64,000 bases of DNA from Bacteroidota bacterium (GCA_023251835.1 JAHEXZ010000020.1:3694-67693); one strand, 5' to 3'. Shown: positions 37,901-47,539, counted from the first letter of the stretch. Numbers and translations: made by a program. The notes: generated from the sequence alone by a model not told the origin.

Positions 37901-39001
37901 ATGAAAACAGATCACATAAATCAATTCTACGAGATATTATGTAAAGAACATCTTTGTTTTATATATCAGGGTGATTTTAGTGACGATATTACTGAAAAAA
38001 TCATCAGCCTGAGTGAGTATTCTATTGATAACAATAATCAGGTGATGGCAAAGATGAAAAATAAAATATCGTTTCTTATTGTAGAATGTTTTCAAAATAT
38101 TGTCAGACATGGAAATTCCGCTCCTCATGATATTAATAGAACATTAACCCTTCCCAGTTTGTTTTCTGCCAGAAGCACCAATGATTGTGTATATATAACT
38201 TCGGCTAATTTGATTGAGAATGAGCAAATTCCATTATTACAGGAAAAGCTCGAAAAACTTAATAGTTTAGATAAAGAAAAAATTAAAGCGTTATACATGG
38301 AGATACTTTCCAATAACCAGCTGTCTGAAAAAGGGGGGGCGGGTTTGGGTTTGGTGGAAATGGCAAGAAAATCAGGGAATCCGATTGAGTATGGCTTTGA
38401 AAATGAGAATGACAAACTTTCTCTTTTTTATCTTATGTTGAAGATGAAAGAGAAGGGTATTGTGAAGATAGAAGACAATATTTCTCTTGGAAGCGTGAAA
38501 CAGATGCACGATATAATGCGCAGAGAGCATATCTTGTTAGTCTATAAAGGTGACTTTTCCCAGGAAACAATTATTCCTTTATTGAAAATGATAGAGGATA
38601 ATTTGAATAAACATCAGGAGGAATATAATATAAAAAAGAAGCTGTATCTGATTCTTGTTGAGGTATTGCAAAACGTTTCCAAACATTCTATGGATAGAAA
38701 TGGGAAGAGAGAAGCGATATTTATGATAGGGAAGAGAGGCCAAAAATATAATATTTGTACAGGTAATACAGTAGACAAGTATTCAGCTGAAAGGTTAAAA
38801 GATAAAATTAATACGGTAAATGCGTTAAATAAGGAAGAACTGACCAATTACTATAAAACAACATTAAAGTATGGTACTGCTTCTGAAAAAGGTGCCGGCC
38901 TTGGTATAATAGATGTAGCAAAAGAGAGCAGTGATAAGTTGGTATATGATTTACAATCTGAGGGTGAAAATTTTTTCTTTTCATTGAATGTTAGTGTGTA
39001 A
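37901..39001 (+). CDS. SiaB-like (RsbW/SpoIIAB-type GHKL) protein kinase, tandem-duplicated
   Basis: 366 aa made of two homologous halves. Each has (I/V)Y(Q/K)GDFS, an N-box E(C/V)(F/L)QN(I/V).(R/K)H, SEKG(G)AGLG(L/I) and a terminal FF(Y/S)L. The pattern matches P. aeruginosa SiaB as I recall it. Confidence 0.7.
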   Translation: MKTDHINQFYEILCKEHLCFIYQGDFSDDITEKIISLSEYSIDNNNQVMAKMKNKISFLIVECFQNIVRHGNSAPHDINRTLTLPSLFSARSTNDCVYITSANLIENEQIPLLQEKLEKLNSLDKEKIKALYMEILSNNQLSEKGGAGLGLVEMARKSGNPIEYGFENENDKLSLFYLMLKMKEKGIVKIEDNISLGSVKQMHDIMRREHILLVYKGDFSQETIIPLLKMIEDNLNKHQEEYNIKKKLYLILVEVLQNVSKHSMDRNGKREAIFMIGKRGQKYNICTGNTVDKYSAERLKDKINTVNALNKEELTNYYKTTLKYGTASEKGAGLGIIDVAKESSDKLVYDLQSEGENFFFSLNVSV

Positions 39002-39083
39002 GTGATAATAGAATGTTTTAATTTTTATAAAATAAAGCACAAACGTTTGTGCCAATATTTTTAAAGCATATTGATAAATAATT

Positions 39084-39461
39084 ATGGAAAATCTTTTGGT
39101 TATAGAAGAAACTCAGGATACTCCTAAAATAGTTTTTGATAAGAATAAAGGGATTTTTGAAATTTCAGGAAGGTCATTGCCTGAAAATGCTATCAAATTT
39201 TATACGCCAGTATTAAAATGGCTGGAAGATTATATTGTGGCTCCCAATCCAACTACATGCTTTGAATTTAAACTTGATTATTTTAACTCTGCTTCTACAA
39301 AAAAGATTTTTGAAATTATAACAATTTTAGGAAAATTAACTCCATCTAATTCATCCGTAGTTATAAAATGGTATTATAGCAAGGATGATGAATTAATAAA
39401 GACTAAAGGAACAGAGATGCAGGAAATGTTTGAGATTCCTTTTGAAGTGAGGACCTATTAG
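39084..39461 (+). CDS. DUF1987 / SiaC-family regulatory phosphoprotein
   Basis: 125 aa. TQDTPKIVFDKNKGIFEISGRSLPENAIKFYTPVLKWLEDY...LDYFNSASTKKIFEI...IKWYY follows the SiaC pattern (TP.I...G.S.PEN...F...W...Y, phospho-loop N-T/S-S-S). Confidence 0.8.
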   Translation: MENLLVIEETQDTPKIVFDKNKGIFEISGRSLPENAIKFYTPVLKWLEDYIVAPNPTTCFEFKLDYFNSASTKKIFEIITILGKLTPSNSSVVIKWYYSKDDELIKTKGTEMQEMFEIPFEVRTY

Positions 39462-39474
39462 TTTCCGGTTTGAT

Positions 39475-41766
39475 TTATAATTTTATTCCCAGTACTAAAA
39501 TGTCATCTGTTTGTGTTACCGCTTCCTTCCAATTTTGATGGGCAGATGCTATAATTTGTTTTTGTTCCTGCATGGTTAAATGTTGGTTATTTAGTAACAG
39601 ATCAGTAAATTGCTGCGTACCAAACTTTTTTCTGTTTTTACTTCCAAACTGATCCATATAACCGTCAGTAAAAATATACATATTCATACCTTCTTTTATT
39701 GTGATAGTATGATTAGTATATTCAACCTCTGAACTGTTTTTCTTTCTTGAAATACCTCCGATTGTTTGCCTGTCGGCATTGATAATGGTTGTTTCATTTC
39801 CTGTTATAATGTACAAAGGGTTTTGTGCACCTGCGTATTGTAGTTGTTTATTTTTAAAGTCAATACAGCATAAGGCAATATCCATTCCATCCCCTGATAG
39901 TGCTCCATTTTTTTCCTGATGCAATGCTTCATATACACCTATATGCAGCAGGCGAAGTATTTCGGAAGGTTTAGTAACGTGTTTTTCATTAACAATTTGA
40001 TTTAGTAAAGTATTTCCAATCATGCTCATAAAAGCTCCCGGAACCCCATGCCCGGTACAATCAACAGCAGCAATGATTAGTTGGTGCCCGATAGCTATCG
40101 GGTTGGGAGCCGGGAGTTCGGAACCGGAAGCCGGTACCCGATAGCTATCGGGTTGAGAGCCGGAAAACCAGTAAAAATCACCACTGACAATATCTTTGGG
40201 TTGAAAATAGATAAATGAGTTCGGAAGCATTTTCTGTATTTCTTTTTCCTCTATCAGGATGCTTTGCTGGATATGCTGTGCATAGTTTATGCTATCAACT
40301 ATTTTTTCTTTTTGCTTTTCTATTATCGCTTTTTGTTTTTGTGTAAGCCTCCATCTGTTGAACATAAAACCAGCAAAAACAAGAACAATTATTAAGAAAC
40401 AGGAAATGAGTATCAGTATTACTTTTTGTTTTTCTTTTTCTTCCCGGGCAATAGCATCTGCTTTTTCTTGTTCAGCTTTTTGTGTTGCTTGTTTTGTTTC
40501 AAATTCAAAATTCATTTCAGAACGAACGGATTTCTTTGTGTTCTCTTCATTGTAGATGCTGTCTCTTGCTGTTATATATTTTTTGTAATGTTCCAGAGCC
40601 TTTTCGGGCTGGTTGGTTTTCTCATATAATTCGCTCATAGAATTTTCAATTGCTGCTATATAGCCTAAAGCGCCAACCGTATCAGCAAGTATTCGTGCTT
40701 TTTGTAAATATAGTTCTGCTTCTTTGAATTTTTTTAATGAAATATAAAGTGAACCCATGTTACAGAGATTTAGGGTAATTCCGTCTTTATCCCCCAATTC
40801 TTCTGAAATTTCTAATGCTTTGGAATAATAATCAAATGCATTTCTGTACAATGAGTCACTGGCTGCAAAATCATGTTCAAGTTCCGCAGCTCTTGCCTGT
40901 TTATCATAAGCTGTTCCTATGTTAGTGTAGGTGAGTGTAATCCCGCTTCTATTTCCCTGTTCCTCTGCAATTTTCAATGCTTTAAAATAATAGTCCAATG
41001 CTTTACTATAATTGCCTTGCTCGGAATAAACACCTCCAATGTTACTGATATGAGGAGCTATCATGCTTTTATCATTCAATTCATTAGCAATTTTCAACCC
41101 TTTAAAATAATAGTCCAATGCCTTAGCATAATCTTTCTGATTAGAATAGATAAGCCCTATGTTGCCCAGATGGCGGCATATCCCTGCCTTGTTTCCCAGC
41201 TCTTCGTCTATCTTTAATGCTTTAAAGTGATAATTTAAGGCTTGTGGATAATTTCCCTGATGGTCATAAACATTTCCAATGTTTCCAAGCGTTGCAGCGG
41301 TTCTTTCTTTATTATTCAGTGATTCTCTTATTTTGAGTGCTTTGAAAAAGAAGTCAAGTGAAAGCGGGTAATTGCCTTTGAAATAATAAAATACTCCAAG
41401 CTCATGACAGGCTATTGCAATTAGTCGTTGTTGTAGTTTATGCTGTTCATCGGATGAGGCAGATAATTTCTCTGCAATTTTTAATGCCTGTTTACTAAGA
41501 ATAATGGCAGTGTCCGGGTTGATATTTTTCAGTTCCCAGGCAAGTGCATTAAGGGTATTAACACGCGTTGTATCAATCCCGATTCCGGCACTCTCTCCTT
41601 CAATTGTTGGAGTGAATTCTGAAGAAGAAATTGTGTTAAATTTATTAAGGACAGAACGTAATGAATCTATTTTGTTTATAACTTCCTGCGGTTGGGCGAA
41701 ACTGCAGAAGGAAGCACAAATAAAAATAATATAAGCCAGTAAGTACTTTATTTTTTTATTTATCAT
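39475..41766 (-). CDS. Sensor phosphatase paralog 1: signal peptide + TPR repeats + TM + coiled coil + PP2C/SpoIIE
   Basis: 763 aa. Repeated LG(N)IG.VY..QGNY..AL.YY.KALKI.EELG TPRs, TM VILILISCFLIIVLVFAGFMF, and PP2C motifs DCTGHGVPGAFMS, DGMD, FTDGYMDQFG and DDILVLGIKL. Confidence 0.85.
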   Translation of the reverse strand: MINKKIKYLLAYIIFICASFCSFAQPQEVINKIDSLRSVLNKFNTISSSEFTPTIEGESAGIGIDTTRVNTLNALAWELKNINPDTAIILSKQALKIAEKLSASSDEQHKLQQRLIAIACHELGVFYYFKGNYPLSLDFFFKALKIRESLNNKERTAATLGNIGNVYDHQGNYPQALNYHFKALKIDEELGNKAGICRHLGNIGLIYSNQKDYAKALDYYFKGLKIANELNDKSMIAPHISNIGGVYSEQGNYSKALDYYFKALKIAEEQGNRSGITLTYTNIGTAYDKQARAAELEHDFAASDSLYRNAFDYYSKALEISEELGDKDGITLNLCNMGSLYISLKKFKEAELYLQKARILADTVGALGYIAAIENSMSELYEKTNQPEKALEHYKKYITARDSIYNEENTKKSVRSEMNFEFETKQATQKAEQEKADAIAREEKEKQKVILILISCFLIIVLVFAGFMFNRWRLTQKQKAIIEKQKEKIVDSINYAQHIQQSILIEEKEIQKMLPNSFIYFQPKDIVSGDFYWFSGSQPDSYRVPASGSELPAPNPIAIGHQLIIAAVDCTGHGVPGAFMSMIGNTLLNQIVNEKHVTKPSEILRLLHIGVYEALHQEKNGALSGDGMDIALCCIDFKNKQLQYAGAQNPLYIITGNETTIINADRQTIGGISRKKNSSEVEYTNHTITIKEGMNMYIFTDGYMDQFGSKNRKKFGTQQFTDLLLNNQHLTMQEQKQIIASAHQNWKEAVTQTDDILVLGIKL
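40087..40163. repeat. GC-rich insertion inside the PP2C paralog 1 CDS: two 27-nt direct repeats, each containing the perfect 16-nt palindrome cccgatagctatcggg
   Basis: cccgatagctatcgggttgggagccgg (40087-40113) and cccgatagctatcgggttgagagccgg (40137-40163), separated by 23 nt. Encodes GSQPDSYRVPASGSELPAPNPIAIGHQL, where the paralogs have 6 aa. Confidence 0.85.
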
Positions 41767-41858
41767 TTTTTAATACTATAAATTCTAATTTGCTTCTGGT
41801 AAAATAGTGATTTATTAATTTATGATGCCATTGTTATATCAATTATTTTACGTAAATA

Positions 41859-44162
41859 TTATAATTTTATTCCGACTACTAAAATATCATCTGTTTGCTC
41901 CGTAATTTTTTTCCAGTTTTGATGAGCGGATACAATAATTGATTTTTGTTCCTGCATGGTTAAATGCTGATTGTTAATTAGTAATTCTTTAAACTGATTT
42001 GTGCCCAATTTTTTATTATCAATTCCTCCATACTGATCAATATACCCGTCAGTAAAAAGATAAATGTTCATATCTTTCTTTATCGTAATGATATGGTTGG
42101 TATATTTTGTCTGAAGTGGGGTTTTCTTTCGTGACATTAATCCATTACTTCCAATTGTTTGCTTATCGGCCTTTACTACTTCAAGAGTATTACCAATTAT
42201 TATATACAAAGGATTCCGTGCACCGGCATATTCAATCGATTGATTTTGCAAGTCGATGCTGCATAGCGAAATGTCCAAACCATCACGTGCTAAAGCACTA
42301 TCTTTTTCCTGGTGCAATGCTTCATATATTCCTATATTAAGCAGGTACAAAATTTCGGAGGGTGTGGTAATATACTTTTCATTTACAATCTGGTTAAGCA
42401 GCGTATTGCCAATCATGCTCATGAATGCTCCCGGTACTCCATGCCCGGTACAGTCAATTGCTGCAATAATAATTTTATTATTTATTTTGGAAAACCAATA
42501 AAAATCACCACTGACAATATCTTTCGGTTGGTAATAAATAAATGAATCAGGAAAAAATTTTTGAATTTCACTTTCATCCGTTAAAATACTTTGTTGAATA
42601 CGTTGTGCATAATTTATACTATCAATAATCTTCTCATGCTGTTGCTCTATAAGTGTATTTTTTTTTATTAGTTCATCATTTTTATTACTAAGAGTTATAT
42701 TTAACTTTTGTTTTGTAACATAACGGTTGTATAGTATCAGGGCAAACAAAATGGCAATGGTTAGTCCTATACTAAATCCATTTCGAGTGAATTTTTGCCT
42801 GTTAAGCCCGGCCTGTTGTAATGCTTTATCTTTTGTAAGCAATTCAATATCGTTTTCTTTTTTCTGGGATTCGTATTTTGCACCCATTTCCATTATCTGC
42901 TTATTTGATAGCTCATTAAACAAGGTGTCCTTAATGTCAGAGTGAAGCGTGTAGTATATGTATGCCAGTTTATAATCTCCTGTTTTTTCGTATAATTCAG
43001 ATAGTGAAGAATAGGTATCTTTAATACCATCTTTATAGCCCATCTTTTTATACCGTATTAAAGCTTGATTGAGGTTATAAAGCGCGTCCCTGAATTTGTT
43101 TTGTTTCAGATATATTTCTCCGATACCAAAGTATGCATCTGTTACCGCTATTTTATATCCTATTTTCTCACCTATTTTCAGAGAATTCAAATAGTTATGT
43201 AATGCTTCGTTATACGTGCCCTGATGAGAATATGCAATGCCTATATTGCCATATCCTCTGGCTATTCCAAAGCTATCCTTAATTTCTTCAACTATCTCCA
43301 TATATTTTGTATAATTCTTAATGGCATTTTCATAATCAGCCTGTTTTTCATAAACATCTCCTATACCATTATAAGCGCTGGATATTCCACTTTTATATTC
43401 TATAGCTTCACTGATTTTCAGCTGATTTAAGAATGCTTCCGATGCTTTTCTATAGTTGTGCTGATATAAGTATACATAACCAATGTCATAATAAGAGTCA
43501 GCAACTCCTTTTGTATTGCCATTGGTTTCACTGATATCCGCAGCTTTTAAGTAATTATCTAATGCTTTTTCATGGTTACCCATATACCAGTATATATTTC
43601 CTATATAACTATATGTATCAGCCATTCCTTCTTTATTTTTTCTTTCCTGACTTATTTTAATGGATTTCTGGAAATTGTCCAGAGCCATTTCATATTTATC
43701 CTGATAATAGTAAACCAATCCAATATATCTGTATGACTTTTCCATACCTTCCTTATTATTCAGTTCTATGTTAAGTGTTAAAGCCAACTGATAATATTTT
43801 ACAGCAGTTTCATAAATATACTGTCTTTCGAACGTGTCACCAATATTGTTTAAGGCTCGTACTAATTCTTTTTTGAGGTTACTGTTTCGTGATAAATTTT
43901 CTGCTTTTTGTAAATAGTTTAATGCTTTTTTATGCTGATTCAGGCGATTATATTCAGACCCTAACTCAATTAAAGAGTTTATAAGCGCTCTTTTTTTCTC
44001 TGAGTCAGATTCGGAAGTATCATTGATTGCTTTTGTTATATTGTTTAATAGGGAATCTATAGTTTTGTTATTTTCTTCTGTATTTTTCTGTGATTGAGCC
44101 TTCGCTGAATGAAGGCAGAAGATGGAAATAAATAAGAGGATATATCTAATGTTTTTTTGCAT
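41859..44162 (-). CDS. Sensor phosphatase paralog 2: signal peptide + TPR + TM + PP2C/SpoIIE
   Basis: 767 aa with the same architecture and near-identical PP2C motifs (IDCTGHGVPGAFMSMIGNTLLNQIVNEK, FTDGYIDQYGG, DDILVVGIKL). Confidence 0.85.
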   Translation of the reverse strand: MQKNIRYILLFISIFCLHSAKAQSQKNTEENNKTIDSLLNNITKAINDTSESDSEKKRALINSLIELGSEYNRLNQHKKALNYLQKAENLSRNSNLKKELVRALNNIGDTFERQYIYETAVKYYQLALTLNIELNNKEGMEKSYRYIGLVYYYQDKYEMALDNFQKSIKISQERKNKEGMADTYSYIGNIYWYMGNHEKALDNYLKAADISETNGNTKGVADSYYDIGYVYLYQHNYRKASEAFLNQLKISEAIEYKSGISSAYNGIGDVYEKQADYENAIKNYTKYMEIVEEIKDSFGIARGYGNIGIAYSHQGTYNEALHNYLNSLKIGEKIGYKIAVTDAYFGIGEIYLKQNKFRDALYNLNQALIRYKKMGYKDGIKDTYSSLSELYEKTGDYKLAYIYYTLHSDIKDTLFNELSNKQIMEMGAKYESQKKENDIELLTKDKALQQAGLNRQKFTRNGFSIGLTIAILFALILYNRYVTKQKLNITLSNKNDELIKKNTLIEQQHEKIIDSINYAQRIQQSILTDESEIQKFFPDSFIYYQPKDIVSGDFYWFSKINNKIIIAAIDCTGHGVPGAFMSMIGNTLLNQIVNEKYITTPSEILYLLNIGIYEALHQEKDSALARDGLDISLCSIDLQNQSIEYAGARNPLYIIIGNTLEVVKADKQTIGSNGLMSRKKTPLQTKYTNHIITIKKDMNIYLFTDGYIDQYGGIDNKKLGTNQFKELLINNQHLTMQEQKSIIVSAHQNWKKITEQTDDILVVGIKL

Positions 44163-44181
44163 TTGAAAAAAGATGAAAGAA

Positions 44182-46272
44182 TTATTTAATTTTTACACCC
44201 ACTACAAGAATATCGTCTATCTGTACGGTATTTCCCTTCCATTCCTCATGTGCTTTAATTATTATATTTCCTTGCTCCTCCATATTCAGTTCCTGGCTAC
44301 TAAGTAGCAGCTCTTGAAATTTGCCAAGACTAAACTTTTTTCTTTTTTTACCACCAAATTGATCCGGGTATCCGTCAGTAAAAAGATAAATGCTCATATT
44401 GGGAGTTATTGGAAAAGTATGATTGGTGTAGTTAACTTTAAGTGAGCCTGTTGGTTTTATCAAAAATTGTCTTCCACCGATTGTATAAATATCTGCCTTT
44501 ATTATTGTAAGCTGGTTATTAGCTATTATATATAATGGCTGCTGTGCACCAGAATACTCTATTCGGTTATTCTCATAATCAATACAGCAGATGGATATAT
44601 CCATTCCATCATCTGATATTGGTTTTTCTTTATTCTGGTTTAAAATGTCATATATTCCATTATTCAAATGGTTTAGTATTTCGGATGGAGTTGTAATATG
44701 CTTTTGTTTTATAATCTGATTTAAAAGCGTGTTGCCTATTATACTCATAAATGCTCCGGGTACACCATGTCCTGTACAATCAGTAACGACCAATATAATT
44801 TTGCCATTTATTTTTGAACACCAGTAAAAATCGCCACTTACAATGTCTTTAGGCTGATAATAAGTAAAAGAATCGGGCAAAAGTTTTTGTACCTCCTGTT
44901 CTTCAATAACAATCTTTTGTTGCATCAGTCTTGCATAAACAAGGCTGTTTACAATTTTTTCCTGTTGTTTTTCAATAAGTATATTTTTCTGCAGCAAATC
45001 TTTATTTGTAATATCCAACTGTATATTTAATTTTCTTTTGACAGTAAAACGGTTAAACAATATAAAGATTAAAAGTAAGACCAGAATTAACCCTCCAATG
45101 AAACCATATAAAACAAATTTTTGTCTGTCCATTTCACTCTGTTGGAGTGCTTTGTCTTTCTTTAATAATTCTATATCTTTTTCTTTTTTTTCGGTTTCAT
45201 ATCTTGTATTTAGTTCTGTTATATGGTTATTTGCTTTTTCACTAAGCAATGAATCTTTAAGTTTCCGGAATAGTTTATGGTATTCTAACGCCTGTTGATA
45301 GTTCCCTCTTTTTTTTAATGCATCTGAGAGCAGGTATGCTCCACTTTTTAAGGCTTCTAACTCTTTTGTTTTTTCAGCCGTTTTAACTCCATGAGTGAGA
45401 AAACCGATAGCTTCATCGAGTCGGTTTTGTATAAGACGCATTTCTCCTATTGAAATTAATACACTGGCAGATCTGGCAGATTCCAGATCTTTTCCAAATG
45501 GTCTTTCATTAAAACATTTTTCGGCTGCTGTAAAGTATTCTTGTTTGCCGGTTTGTTTTGCCCAATCAAGATATATTTCTCCAAGACTTATCTGTGCAAG
45601 ATCCACACCATTAGGGTCTTTGCGGGCAGCATATTCAATTCGTGCTTCTTTAAGATAGTTAATAGCTTTTTGATACTGTTTTAGTCCAAGATAGGCAGTA
45701 TGGATATTGAGTAAAGAGTGGGTTATATTCTCCTTATCCTTTTTACGCAGCTCTAAAGCGTGAAGATGGTATTCAAGCGCCTTTCCATAATCAGATTTTT
45801 TTCCGGAAAGTTCGGCCATGCGAGAATACACATTACCGATATTGTTCAGGCTGTTAGCGATATTTGTTCGGTCGTTAATTTCTTCGGCTACTTTTAAGGA
45901 TGCCAAATAATATTCAATAGCTTTCTCATACAACCATTTATGATAATATATATTTCCAATTTTCCTCAATGAAACAGAAATAAATATTTTTTTATTTGTT
46001 TTATTGGCCGCCTCTGCTGCCTGTAATGCATATTGCAATGCATTTTCATAGTCAAACAGTGAGTGCGAATATAGGTCGGATATGGTAAATAAGATTTTTA
46101 CTTTTACAGTGTCCTTACTATTATAATCATTTGTGGGAAGGGATTTTAAAGCATGGAGTAGAGAATCGATGGTTTTGAGTGAAGATGTTTGTGCTGCTTG
46201 TTGAGCATATACAACATGGCTGCCAAGTATTATAAAGAGATAAGCGACAAATTTTTTTTTCATCTTTCCCAT
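44182..46272 (-). CDS. Sensor phosphatase paralog 3: signal peptide + TPR + TM + PP2C/SpoIIE
   Basis: 696 aa with the same architecture (TDCTGHGVPGAFMSIIGNTLLNQIIKQK, FTDGYPDQFGG, DDILVVGVKI). Only 19 nt upstream of paralog 2, so likely co-transcribed. Confidence 0.85.
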   Translation of the reverse strand: MGKMKKKFVAYLFIILGSHVVYAQQAAQTSSLKTIDSLLHALKSLPTNDYNSKDTVKVKILFTISDLYSHSLFDYENALQYALQAAEAANKTNKKIFISVSLRKIGNIYYHKWLYEKAIEYYLASLKVAEEINDRTNIANSLNNIGNVYSRMAELSGKKSDYGKALEYHLHALELRKKDKENITHSLLNIHTAYLGLKQYQKAINYLKEARIEYAARKDPNGVDLAQISLGEIYLDWAKQTGKQEYFTAAEKCFNERPFGKDLESARSASVLISIGEMRLIQNRLDEAIGFLTHGVKTAEKTKELEALKSGAYLLSDALKKRGNYQQALEYHKLFRKLKDSLLSEKANNHITELNTRYETEKKEKDIELLKKDKALQQSEMDRQKFVLYGFIGGLILVLLLIFILFNRFTVKRKLNIQLDITNKDLLQKNILIEKQQEKIVNSLVYARLMQQKIVIEEQEVQKLLPDSFTYYQPKDIVSGDFYWCSKINGKIILVVTDCTGHGVPGAFMSIIGNTLLNQIIKQKHITTPSEILNHLNNGIYDILNQNKEKPISDDGMDISICCIDYENNRIEYSGAQQPLYIIANNQLTIIKADIYTIGGRQFLIKPTGSLKVNYTNHTFPITPNMSIYLFTDGYPDQFGGKKRKKFSLGKFQELLLSSQELNMEEQGNIIIKAHEEWKGNTVQIDDILVVGVKIK

Positions 46273-46668
46273 TTATTTACTGAACATGTTGAGTGTTTTT
46301 GTTCTTTCCGGAATATATCAGACACGAACAAGAACAGGCTTTTTTATGTGCTATTACAATAATAGGAAAAATTACCTTTTAAAAAACAAGTCTTCATTAA
46401 GCAGTGTAAATTTCCGTATTTTGTTTGAGACTCCTACGGAGTTTTATTTCCAGATATACTGAGCGAATGAGTTTGCTGTTTTTTGTAAACTCATTCAGTC
46501 GAAGTATCGCTATCAGGAGAAAAAGTTGCGCTGGATAATTATACAATTTTTATTGTATGATTTGAGTAAAAACAATCCAATAAACAATTAAATTTGAATT
46601 CAGTTTAAAGTTCCAGGTAAGATGGAAGTAGAAAATCCGGGTTGAAATTAGTTGGTAAAATTATTTTT

Positions 46669-47538
46669 ATGAAGGTAAGTGGTTTTACAATTGTCAGGAA
46701 TGCAATTAAGTATGATTATCCCATTGTGGAAGCTATTTCCTCTATTTTGCCAATCTGTGATGAACTAATTGTTGCTGTTGGGAAATCAGATGACGACACA
46801 TTAAATTTGATACAAAGCATTGCATCTGATAAAATAAAAATTATTGAAACCATTTGGGATGACTCTTTACGTGAAGGAGGGTATGTGTTGGCGATTGAGA
46901 CCAACAAAGCATTTGCAGCTATTTCTCCGGATAGTGATTGGGCGTTTTATATTCAGGGTGATGAAATTGTGCATGAGAAGTATTTACCGGAAATAAAAGA
47001 AGCAATGCAAAAACATAAGGATAACAAATTGGTTGAAGGTTTGTTGTTTAACTATACACACTTTTATGGTTCATATGATTATGTTGGAGATTCTAAGCAC
47101 TGGTACAGGAAAGAAATACGAGTAATAAGAAATAATAAAAAAATTTCATCGTATAAAGATGCTCAGGGATTTCGTAAGGATGGACAGAAGTTAAAAGTAA
47201 AAGAAATTAATGCTTTTATCTATCATTATGGATGGGTAAAGCCTCCAAAAGCTCAACAGGCCAAACAGGAAACATTTCACAAATTTTGGCATGATGATAC
47301 CTGGATGAAGGAAAATATTCCGCAGGTTGATCAGTTTGATTACTCAGCAATTGATTCGCTTACCCACTTTACAGGCCTGCATCCGCTTGTTATGCAGGAG
47401 CGTATTAAAAAAATGAACTGGAAGTTTTCATTTGACCCTACACAAAAAAACTTATCTTTAAAAGATAAGTTTTTACGATTAATAGAAAAAAAACTGGGAT
47501 GGAGAATAGGTGAATATAAAAATTACAAAATAATTTAA
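46669..47538 (+). CDS. Glycosyltransferase family 2-like protein
   Basis: The ATG at 46669 (MKVSGFTIVRNAIKYDYPIVEAISSILPICDELIVAVGKSDDDT) fits a family common in Bacteroidota. The track's TTG start at 46642 is less likely. Confidence 0.55.
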   Translation: MKVSGFTIVRNAIKYDYPIVEAISSILPICDELIVAVGKSDDDTLNLIQSIASDKIKIIETIWDDSLREGGYVLAIETNKAFAAISPDSDWAFYIQGDEIVHEKYLPEIKEAMQKHKDNKLVEGLLFNYTHFYGSYDYVGDSKHWYRKEIRVIRNNKKISSYKDAQGFRKDGQKLKVKEINAFIYHYGWVKPPKAQQAKQETFHKFWHDDTWMKENIPQVDQFDYSAIDSLTHFTGLHPLVMQERIKKMNWKFSFDPTQKNLSLKDKFLRLIEKKLGWRIGEYKNYKII

Positions 47539-47539
47539 A

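Noticed and set aside
40087-40163. Two 27-nt direct repeats with a 23-nt spacer, which could be mistaken for a mini CRISPR array
   Set aside because: There are only two copies, they lie in frame inside an intact PP2C CDS, the repeat is a perfect palindrome typical of REP-like elements, and there are no cas genes or leader.
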